Source of the DNA: Candidatus Bathyarchaeota archaeon
Lineage (GTDB): Archaea; Thermoproteota; Bathyarchaeia; TCS64; CBFDTC01
NCBI GenBank assembly: GCA_965612785.1
Contig: CBFDTC010000007.1
Span: 1 to 30,457 of the forward strand
Length of the DNA: 30,457 bases
Direction: 5' to 3'
Shown here: positions 8,841-16,048 of the stretch, in pieces
How positions within the stretch are numbered: the stretch's first letter is position 1
Layout: every line of letters starts with the position of its first letter
Translations under genes and position numbers: made by a program
The notes under the pieces: model-generated
Seen by the model: the letters and a program-made list of their open reading frames with translations, nothing else
What the model was told of the DNA's origin: nothing
Database searches by the model: none

Positions 8841-8848
8841 GTTAAATT
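8841..8848 (-). promoter_or_regulatory. TATA-like box (AATTTAAC) for SRP RNA
   Basis: It lies 22 nt upstream of the first G of the SRP RNA terminal helix. The 5S rRNA gene and the 15795-16008 element show the same 21-23 nt spacing. Confidence 0.45.
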
Positions 8849-8867
8849 CGTTTCGGATCGTCGTGGG

Positions 8868-9287
8868 TTAGGTTACGGAGACTTCGGCCTCGAAGGTGTT
8901 TCCTCTGGCCGTTAGGACTCTGACGGTGACCTCGTCGCCCACTTTGAGGCCGTGTCCCTCCTCCCACACTATTTCGAAGATGACGGTCTCGTTCGGCTGG
9001 AGCTTCTCCGGCAGGACCGGGTTCATCGTGAACACGTAGCCGTCGTAGCATCTGAGCAGCGTGCCGTCCGGCTTTACGATGTACAGCTCATCCACGGTGA
9101 GCGCTATCTCGCCCGTGTTCCTCAGGCCCAGGATGAGCTCGTCTGGACCGTTGTACGACACAAACAGCACGCTGAGACGCTCCCTACGCTTCCCGGCGAT
9201 GAACCCCGCATTCCACGCGTAGTAGGATGCGATGGCTGTGGGAACTATGATCGCCAGGGTCAGCAGAGCCGCTTTTCTCCTCGTCAT
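8868..9287 (-). CDS. N-terminally membrane-anchored, beta-rich protein of unknown function
   Basis: ATG start with N-terminal MTRRKAALLTLAIIVPTAIASYYAW (signal anchor), followed by a ~110 aa beta-strand-like domain. Confidence 0.55.
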   Translation of the reverse strand: MTRRKAALLTLAIIVPTAIASYYAWNAGFIAGKRRERLSVLFVSYNGPDELILGLRNTGEIALTVDELYIVKPDGTLLRCYDGYVFTMNPVLPEKLQPNETVIFEIVWEEGHGLKVGDEVTVRVLTARGNTFEAEVSVT

Positions 9288-9376
9288 CGCTGTCTCCGGA
9301 ATTAGGGAGGGGTGGGGCGGCTATAAGCGTTTGGAAACGTTTTTAGAGCCTCCGGCGTGATGGTGGTTGGCGGGGT

Positions 9377-10090
9377 TTGTCGAGGAAGCCTGTCAAGAGG
9401 TTCGAGTTTCTGGAGGTTGTGTACGACGGGGAGAGGTGGGAGCTCCTCAGGAAGCTGAGGGCTGAGGCTTTGGAGATGATGGAGGCTCTCCAGAGGGAGC
9501 GTCTCAACCCCATCGTTTACGGGAGCATAGCCCGCGGAGACGTTTGGAGCGGAAGCGACATAGACGTTTTCATCCCGTACGTGGTTCCGTCGTTCAGGGT
9601 TGAGTCGGCCATAGAGTCCGCCGGCTTCGAAGTCCTGAGACGCGTCATGGTCCAGGCAACCCCAAGCTACGCCGTGAAGGCTTACATAGAGGTGGGTGAG
9701 GGGAGGTCTTTCTCGTTTCCGCTCGTGAAGCTGAGGCCTGTTGAGGCAGAGTTCTACAGGTTCGCGGGATCTCTCAGCTTGGAGGAGCTCAGGAGGGGGT
9801 TGAGGGTGCCTGGTGTGGACAAGAGGCTGATGCTTATAGAGCCCACCGAGAGGGGACACGTGGAGAGCTCCGTCGTGGGCAGGGAGGGTTACGTGGCGAG
9901 CAGGCTTGGAATAGACGTCCGAACCGTGCTGGACAGGGTCAGAGCCCTGACCCGACGGGACGAGGTGGGCAGGACTGGTGTGTTCCTGAAGAGGGAGTTG
10001 GCGCCTGGTGAATGCTTCGAAGATGTTTTGAGGCGTCTGGCGGACAGGAACCCGGCTGTCAGGAGGAGGTTGATGGAGGGTACGAGTTAA
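9377..10090 (+). CDS. Pol-beta-superfamily nucleotidyltransferase domain protein
   Basis: GS-x(n)-DxD minimal NTase motif in YGSIARGDVWSGSDIDVFI. 237 aa with an extra C-terminal region and a TTG start. It lies directly upstream of polB on the same strand. Confidence 0.7.
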   Translation: MSRKPVKRFEFLEVVYDGERWELLRKLRAEALEMMEALQRERLNPIVYGSIARGDVWSGSDIDVFIPYVVPSFRVESAIESAGFEVLRRVMVQATPSYAVKAYIEVGEGRSFSFPLVKLRPVEAEFYRFAGSLSLEELRRGLRVPGVDKRLMLIEPTERGHVESSVVGREGYVASRLGIDVRTVLDRVRALTRRDEVGRTGVFLKRELAPGECFEDVLRRLADRNPAVRRRLMEGTS

Positions 10091-10118
10091 ATCCCACCGC
10101 ACGGAACGTCTGTATTGG

Positions 10119-12485
10119 GTGTCGGGGTTGGCTGGGAGGGTTAGGTTCTGGCTCCTAGACATAAACTACGAGGACACTCCCCAAGGCCCTGAGGTATACC
10201 TCTGGGGGATAGACGAGCAGGGCAGACGTGTGGTCGTCGTGGACAGGGGGTTCCTCCCGTACTTCTACGCCGTGGTCTCCGGGGAAGCAGACCCCGGTGA
10301 GGTTTTGAGACGTGTGGAGGCAGCCTCCAAGCCTTACGGGCTTGTGAAGTGTGAACTGGTTGATAGGAGGCTCTTCGGGAAGCCTGTTAAGGCGGTTAGG
10401 GTTGTTCTCAGGAACTCCGAGAACGTGGAGAAGTGTGCGGAGGCCGTCGGAAAGCTGGAGGGGGTCTCCGAGTGCCTCGAGGACGACATAAGACTGTCTG
10501 TCAGGTACCTGATAGACAACGGCGTCAACCCATGCGACTGGAACGAAGTGGAGGCCTCCGAAGGGAGTGTGGGGGAGCTTCAGGTTGACGCCCTCTACAC
10601 AGCGGAGGGGAGAGCTCAACCCGTGGAGGAGGAGCTCCCACCTCCAGACCTCAAGGTGATGGCCCTGTACATGGTGGCGAGGGCTTCCGCAGGCTCCCCT
10701 AAGGCTGAGAGGGACCCGGTGGTGGTGCTCTCGACGCTGACCTCGGAGGGGGAGCTGAAGACGTTCACGGCGGACGGCCTCAGCGACAAGGAGTTGCTGG
10801 AGTCGTTCGTAGAGTATGTCTTGAGGTACGACCCCGACGTAATCGTGGGCTACGGCTCGAACAAGGTCCTCTGGCCCTACCTGATGAAGAGGTGTGAGCT
10901 GAACAGTGTGAAGCTCTCCGTCGGAAGGACGGGAGCCGAGCCGCACACGAGCCTGTACGGGCATGTTTCCATCACGGGTAGGGCGAACGTGGACCTTTTC
11001 GACTTCGTAAGGGACATACCGGACATAAAGCTGAAGACCCTCGAGAGCGCCGCTGAGTTCTTCGGCATACCAAAGCCTGAGGAGGAGCTGGGCGTTGAGG
11101 AGTACGAGGTTCCGAGGCTCTGGGACAGCGAGGAGGGACGTGGGAGGGTCGTCAGGTTCGCTGAGGAGCGTGTAAGGATGGTGATGGCCCTCTCGGACAG
11201 CCTCCTCGACTTCGCCATACAGCTCTCCAGGGTCGTAGGCATGCCCCTCGACTACGTCGGGACAGCCGCCGTGGGCTTCAAGGTCGAGAACTTCCTGATG
11301 AGGCAGGCGTACAGGTTCGGGGAGCTCGTCCCCAAGAGGGTTGAACGACCCTACATGCCTTACGTCGGCGCCCTCGTCCTCAAGCCCAAGCCAGGCGTAC
11401 ACGAGGACATAGCAGTCCTAGACTTCTCGTCGATGTACCCGAGCCTGATGATAAAGTACAACATCTCACCCGACACCCTCGTCCCCGAGGGAGAGGAAGC
11501 CGAGGAGGTGTACACAGCCCCGGAGGTCGGACACAGGTTCAGGAAGGAGCCGCCCGGATTCTACAGACGCGTCCTCTCCGAGCTCCTCAGGGTTAGGTCT
11601 GAGATAAGGGAGCGTATGAAGAAGCTCGACAAGTCGAGCAGGCTGTATAGAGTCTTGGACGCGAGGCAGAGGGCTGTGAAGACGATAACCAACGCATGCT
11701 ACGGGTATGCGGGTTGGACGGGGGCCAGGTGGTACATAAGGCCTGTGGCTGAGGCCACGACGGCTTGGGGTAGGGCGACGATAAGGGAGACGATTAAGAC
11801 GGCTTCGGAGCTCGGCTTGGAGATAGTCTACGGGGACACCGACAGCGTGTTCGTGAAGTACGACCCTGAGAAGGTTGAGGAGTTCCTTAAGACTGTGGAG
11901 GAGCGTATAGGCTTGAGGATAAAGCCTGACAAGATATACAGGAGGGTTCTGTTCACCGAGGCGAAGAAGAGGTACGCCGGGATACTCGAAGACGGTAGGA
12001 TAGACATAGTCGGCCTCGAGGTGGCGAGGGGGGACTGGGCTGAGATAGCCAAGCGTGTTCAGAGGGACGTCATAGAGATAATCTTGAGGGAGGGGGATGT
12101 GAGGAAGGCTGTTTCGAGGGTCAGGGAGTACATAGCCAAAGTCAAGTCGGGCAAGGTTCCGCTGAAAGACCTGGTGATATGGAAGACTCTGACGAAGGAG
12201 CTGGACGAGTACAAGGTTAGGGCGCCCCACGTGGAGGCCGCCAAGAAGCTCTTGGAGGCCGGGTGGGAGCTCACGCTGGGAGACAAGGTTGGCTACGTCA
12301 TAGTCAAGGGTCCTGGAAAGCTGTACGAGAAGGCCAAGCCCTACGTCATGGCAAGCCCAGACGAGGTGGACACGGACTACTACGTGAAGAAGCAGGTCAT
12401 ACCGGCCGCCATGAGGGTGCTGAAGGTGTTCGGAGTCAAGGAGAGGGACTTGACCTCGACGACGCTCTTCTCCTACTCCATGTAG
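10119..12485 (+). CDS. polB: Family B DNA polymerase (polymerase motifs intact, exonuclease motifs apparently degenerate)
   Basis: Motif A is LDFSSMYPS, motif B is KTITNACYGYAG and motif C is YGDTDSVFV. The N-terminus LLDINYE is typical of archaeal PolB. 788 aa. Confidence 0.9.
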   Translation: MSGLAGRVRFWLLDINYEDTPQGPEVYLWGIDEQGRRVVVVDRGFLPYFYAVVSGEADPGEVLRRVEAASKPYGLVKCELVDRRLFGKPVKAVRVVLRNSENVEKCAEAVGKLEGVSECLEDDIRLSVRYLIDNGVNPCDWNEVEASEGSVGELQVDALYTAEGRAQPVEEELPPPDLKVMALYMVARASAGSPKAERDPVVVLSTLTSEGELKTFTADGLSDKELLESFVEYVLRYDPDVIVGYGSNKVLWPYLMKRCELNSVKLSVGRTGAEPHTSLYGHVSITGRANVDLFDFVRDIPDIKLKTLESAAEFFGIPKPEEELGVEEYEVPRLWDSEEGRGRVVRFAEERVRMVMALSDSLLDFAIQLSRVVGMPLDYVGTAAVGFKVENFLMRQAYRFGELVPKRVERPYMPYVGALVLKPKPGVHEDIAVLDFSSMYPSLMIKYNISPDTLVPEGEEAEEVYTAPEVGHRFRKEPPGFYRRVLSELLRVRSEIRERMKKLDKSSRLYRVLDARQRAVKTITNACYGYAGWTGARWYIRPVAEATTAWGRATIRETIKTASELGLEIVYGDTDSVFVKYDPEKVEEFLKTVEERIGLRIKPDKIYRRVLFTEAKKRYAGILEDGRIDIVGLEVARGDWAEIAKRVQRDVIEIILREGDVRKAVSRVREYIAKVKSGKVPLKDLVIWKTLTKELDEYKVRAPHVEAAKKLLEAGWELTLGDKVGYVIVKGPGKLYEKAKPYVMASPDEVDTDYYVKKQVIPAAMRVLKVFGVKERDLTSTTLFSYSM

Positions 12486-13594
12486 CCCTCCTTCTCAAGC
12501 GACTGGAAGGTCACAGTCCTTATCTTCTTCTGGGGCCTGACACCCTCACCTATCCTCTCACCGACGAGCAACTTGACACCCTTCTCCAAGGCGGTGTCCA
12601 CAAGCCTACGTGTTATTATGCCGTCGAAGGCCACAGCGTACACGTTCTCGACCTGCTTGAGCGTGTCTACGAGTTCGCTGACCGGAATCCTGGCAACCTC
12701 GTTTCCGTCCTCGTCGAACAGAACTGCCTCCAGTGTCTCCCTTATCTCCTGAGCCATCCCGGCTATCTTCTGAAGTAGCTTGAGCTCCTTGACCGACACC
12801 TTGGCCTTCAAGGCCTTCTCAACCTCCTCCCTGGTCAGGTCTTCGACCTCTTTGCCCCTCGGAGCCCTGGCAACCCACTTCACGTCTGCGACTTGGAGAA
12901 GTTCCTTCAGTATCAGGTCTCCACCCCTGTCGCCGTCGAGGAAGGCTATCGTCTCCTTCTCCTTGCAGAGCTTTATTATCGTCTCCGGAACCTTTACCCC
13001 CTCCATCGCTATGACGTTCTCGTACCCGTACTTGAGGAGGTTCAACACGTCCGCCCTACCCTCGACTATGATGACCGTGTCCGCCCTGTCCACACCCGGT
13101 CCGGCCGTGAGGCCCTCTGGACCGTATTTCACAGCCCTCGGAGTCTTCAGGGCGTTGGAGACCATCTCGATTATCCTGTCTGCGTCCCACTCCTCCCTGC
13201 TGACCCAGTCCTTCAGTATCTCGACGGCCCTCTTGACGATTCGCTCCCTCTTCTCCTGCCTGACGTCGACTATCCTCTCAACCCTTATCCTGGCGTTGCA
13301 GGGTCCAACCCTGTCCACGGACTCGATCGCCGCCGCTATTATGGCAGTCGGAACCCTGTCGAGGCTTGAGGGGACCTCTATCCTCCCGAAGGTCCTGTCC
13401 TTCTCGGACTTCAGGTCTACGGTTATGCGTCCGATCTTACCCGTCTTGAGCAGCTCCCTCAGGTCGAGCTCGGGGGGTAGCAAACCCTCCGTCTGGCCGA
13501 ATATGGCTCCGACGACGTCGTGCTTCTCTACGACTCCCCTAACCTCGAGCCTCGCCTTTATCAGGTACTTCATGGGTAGCGTGGAAGTCTTCAA
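12473..13594 (-). CDS. dnaG: Archaeal DnaG-type Toprim protein (primase-like / exosome-associated)
   Basis: N-terminal YLIKARLEVRGVVEKHDVVGAIFGQTEGLL, Toprim IIVEGRADV and FLDGDRGGD. 373 aa. It converges on polB with a 13 nt overlap. Confidence 0.85.
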   Translation of the reverse strand: MKTSTLPMKYLIKARLEVRGVVEKHDVVGAIFGQTEGLLPPELDLRELLKTGKIGRITVDLKSEKDRTFGRIEVPSSLDRVPTAIIAAAIESVDRVGPCNARIRVERIVDVRQEKRERIVKRAVEILKDWVSREEWDADRIIEMVSNALKTPRAVKYGPEGLTAGPGVDRADTVIIVEGRADVLNLLKYGYENVIAMEGVKVPETIIKLCKEKETIAFLDGDRGGDLILKELLQVADVKWVARAPRGKEVEDLTREEVEKALKAKVSVKELKLLQKIAGMAQEIRETLEAVLFDEDGNEVARIPVSELVDTLKQVENVYAVAFDGIITRRLVDTALEKGVKLLVGERIGEGVRPQKKIRTVTFQSLEKEGYME

Positions 13595-13638
13595 ACCGCT
13601 TCCCTCACTTGAACTGAATAAAAGAGGGGTTATGCCCC

Positions 13639-14670
13639 CTAGTAAAGTTTGCTCAACACGTTGAGAGCCTTATCGGTGGCCTCGACAGACTTCCTCCAGT
13701 CAGCCTCGGCCTCCGTCAAAGCCCTCACAGCGTCCACGTTGTCCGGTATGACGTCCGACTCGTTCGGACAGGCCCAGACCATGTAGACCTCGGAGCCCTC
13801 CACAGACACGGAGTCCCCCCAGACGGGTATCTCGTACAGGTCTCCACGCGGCCTTCCTAGGTCCCTGGCCAGCTCGAATACGGAGTTCAAGGCTGCCACA
13901 CCGTCCTCACCGTACACAAGCACCACACGTGGCTCCTCCCTAAGCGTCTCCAACACGTCCTCCCTTGAGACCGGTTTGGTGAGTTCTATCATCGCCATGT
14001 GCATGTGGTACAGGTTGTGGCTACCCTTAGCCGCCATCGTCACTATGTCGAGGTCGTGTATCACCGTCTTCACGTCCGGAGCGTGGTGGGACGGAACGTG
14101 GAGCTCCGGGACCGCCGTGTTGGTGCAGCCCGCCCTGTGGGACTCCCAGACGTCGCAGCACCTCCTGAACAGGACTATCCTCGCCTTCTTGACCCTGAAA
14201 GCCTTGTGTAGGCCTCCGACCACACGGCACATGGCCGTCGTGTTGCAGCTGACGACCCGTGTGAACTGGGCTCCGAGGGACTCTTCGTAGTTGTACGTGG
14301 CCACTATGGACCTGCCTGCGACCTCGTGTTTTTCACCGCCTTCGAATATGGCCTTCACACCCGCCTTCTCGTACACGGCCTTATTCTTGGCTCCTATCCC
14401 GGCCGGGGTGCAGTCCACGACGACGTCCACCTCTTCCAGAAGGTCCGACAGAAGCCCGGCGACCTCGACCTTCTCCTCCATGGCCTTCAGCCTGTCCGGT
14501 AGGGAGCAGTATATTGGGTACTTCTTGGCCAGCAGCTTTATCCTCCAGTCGGCGACCACGTCGGAGACGCCGACGACCTTCATGTCCTCTTGGGCTGAAA
14601 CGGCGTCTGCAACCCTTTTCCCTATGACCCCTGCACCGTTTATGCAGACTTTAATCGTGCTCCTCGGCAA
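13639..14670 (-). CDS. gap: Glyceraldehyde-3-phosphate dehydrogenase, archaeal type II
   Basis: NGAGVIGKRV Rossmann motif, active-site VSCNTT and PSHHAPDV. 343 aa. Confidence 0.85.
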   Translation of the reverse strand: MPRSTIKVCINGAGVIGKRVADAVSAQEDMKVVGVSDVVADWRIKLLAKKYPIYCSLPDRLKAMEEKVEVAGLLSDLLEEVDVVVDCTPAGIGAKNKAVYEKAGVKAIFEGGEKHEVAGRSIVATYNYEESLGAQFTRVVSCNTTAMCRVVGGLHKAFRVKKARIVLFRRCCDVWESHRAGCTNTAVPELHVPSHHAPDVKTVIHDLDIVTMAAKGSHNLYHMHMAMIELTKPVSREDVLETLREEPRVVLVYGEDGVAALNSVFELARDLGRPRGDLYEIPVWGDSVSVEGSEVYMVWACPNESDVIPDNVDAVRALTEAEADWRKSVEATDKALNVLSKLY

Positions 14671-14710
14671 CTTGGGTCACCAACATAGTTTGGCGGTTTT
14701 TCTAAAAACT

Positions 14711-15793
14711 TTATCTGGTAACCTCCAACGTCATGACTCTCTCCAGGTTCTTGGGATGTCTCTCAAAGTACTCCCTGACAGGTCTCAGTATCTCTATTAG
14801 GGCGTCAGCCACAGCCATCTTTAGGTCGAGTGGATGGAGCTTCCCGCTCACGTACGCCTTCTCAAGCTCCCCGTAGCTCCTGAACGTGACAGGCCCACCG
14901 TACTTCTCCTCCCTCTCAACCCTAAGCTCCGGTAGGTGTCTGAACACTATCAGCCTCGCCATGTCCATCACGGGGTTGTCCTCCACAGACCTCGGCGGGC
15001 AGTAGGCGGCCCGCAACTTCCTCCTTATGTCCTCGGGGGAGTCGTGCATGAATATGCACGAGCCTGGTACGCTCTTCGACATCTTCGTCCTTATCTCCCT
15101 GTCAAGCCTCTCATCCTCGTCGAACCTACCCTCCATCGAAACCTGCTTCAAGCCTCTGAGAAGCGGGGTGTGAACGCACACCGGGGGCTTCATCCCAATC
15201 TTCTTAGCGGCCTCCCTGACGAGCATGTGAACCTTCCTCTGGTCCATCCCCGCACATACGCAGTCCAGCCCGAGCTTGACTATGTCTGCGGCCTGCATCA
15301 GAGGGTATATCAGCCAGGCCGTCTCAGCGACCTCGTCGGATATCCCCCTGCCGAGCACAGGTAGGGCCCTCCTAACCCTCCTCAACGAGAACAGCTTCCC
15401 CAGCCTCAGGACGGTCTCCCAGTACTCGACGTCGTCGACGAGCTCCGACGCCCACATGTACCTCACCTTCGACTCGTCTATCCCGAGCGCCTTGAAGCAG
15501 TCCTTGAAGTACTCCCCGGCGACCCTGATCTTCTCCAGGTCTCCGCCGAACTTGTTGTTTATCCAGGCATGCCAGTCTGCGAGGAATATCGTGAACTCGA
15601 AGCCGGCCTCGACCATGTCGGCTATCTTAGAGCCGCATATAAGACCCGTGCCTATGTGCATCAAACCAGACGGCTCGAAACCCCAGTAGGCCTTAGGCCT
15701 CTCGACCGTCTCCAGAAGCTCCCTCAGCTCCTCTAACCTAACTACTTCAGCGACTCCCCTGACCGTCAGTTGAAGCCTCTCCTCGACGTCCAA
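14711..15793 (-). CDS. tyrS: Tyrosyl-tRNA synthetase
   Basis: GFEPSGLMHIGTG (HIGH-type) and KMSKS motifs. 360 aa with an apparent TTG start. Confidence 0.85.
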   Translation of the reverse strand: MDVEERLQLTVRGVAEVVRLEELRELLETVERPKAYWGFEPSGLMHIGTGLICGSKIADMVEAGFEFTIFLADWHAWINNKFGGDLEKIRVAGEYFKDCFKALGIDESKVRYMWASELVDDVEYWETVLRLGKLFSLRRVRRALPVLGRGISDEVAETAWLIYPLMQAADIVKLGLDCVCAGMDQRKVHMLVREAAKKIGMKPPVCVHTPLLRGLKQVSMEGRFDEDERLDREIRTKMSKSVPGSCIFMHDSPEDIRRKLRAAYCPPRSVEDNPVMDMARLIVFRHLPELRVEREEKYGGPVTFRSYGELEKAYVSGKLHPLDLKMAVADALIEILRPVREYFERHPKNLERVMTLEVTR

Positions 15794-15794
15794 G

Positions 15795-16008
15795 CATCAA
15801 CCCCTCGAACCGGATGCTTTCGGGCACCTGTCCCTTGCGAGACTAACACCCAGCCTCACCGCAGGCCTGAACGGCCCCCTAAGCTGGGCTCTCTCGCCGC
15901 AAGGGTTTCGGTGCCCGGGCCTGCCTGTACGACGGCTGGGTAACCCTCCCTCACGGGAGGCCTTGACGGGCCCCTCGGTTGGGTCCGTCGCCGTCACTTC
16001 GGCAGGCC
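15795..16008 (-). ncRNA. Unclassified GC-rich structured RNA element: either an independent ncRNA or a structured 5' leader of tyrS
   Basis: A 255 nt ORF-free gap with nested perfect helices: 16001-16008/15918-15925, 15910-15917/15821-15828, 15898-15905/15832-15839 and 15883-15888/15849-15854. Two hairpins are also present: 15945-15960, with a GUGA loop on the minus strand, and 15864-15876. The G-U wobbles and the GNRA loop exist only in the minus sense. A TATA-like box lies at 16030-16036. Confidence 0.5.
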
Positions 16009-16029
16009 ATCTGATATGTGGTTTGGGGG

Positions 16030-16036
16030 ATTTTAT
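16030..16036 (-). promoter_or_regulatory. TATA-like box (ATAAAAT) upstream of the structured element
   Basis: It lies 21 nt upstream of the first base of the outermost helix, matching the spacing at the SRP RNA and 5S rRNA genes. No other AT-rich box lies between here and the tyrS start. Confidence 0.4.
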
Positions 16037-16048
16037 CCTTTTCTCTGG

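Noticed and set aside
8177-8871. ORFs 8177-8551 (-) and 8596-8871 (+), Pro/Gly/Ala-rich
   Set aside because: They overlap the SRP RNA gene. Their composition is what translating a GC-rich structured RNA would give.
9302-11402. ORFs 9302-10162 (-) and 10155-11402 (-), 286 and 415 aa
   Set aside because: They are antisense to the nucleotidyltransferase and polB genes, which have clear catalytic motifs. The ORFs are Pro/Arg/His-rich and carry no motifs.
12780-13664. ORF 12780-13664 (+), 294 aa, Ser/Thr/Leu-rich
   Set aside because: It is antisense to dnaG, whose Toprim motifs are present. It is a low-complexity shadow ORF.
15921-15935. T-box-like idea: the internal loop GUACA of domain A exposes the Tyr codon UAC just upstream of tyrS
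   Set aside because: A single trinucleotide in a loop is expected by chance. No antiterminator/terminator alternative or NCCA-binding bulge could be identified, and T-boxes are not known in archaea. It is mentioned only so that someone can test it.
15794-16048. RNase P RNA interpretation of the structured element
   Set aside because: Minus-strand GGCAGGCCCGGGC and GAGAGAGCCCAGCUUAG weakly resemble CR-I (GAGGAAAGUCCGGGC) and CR-V (ACAGAACCCGGCUUA). However, the near-universal GGAAAGUCC adenines are missing. Both segments are better explained by local perfect helices, there is no P1-type 5'/3' terminal pairing, and ~110 nt follow the putative CR-V. This needs a covariance-model scan to close.
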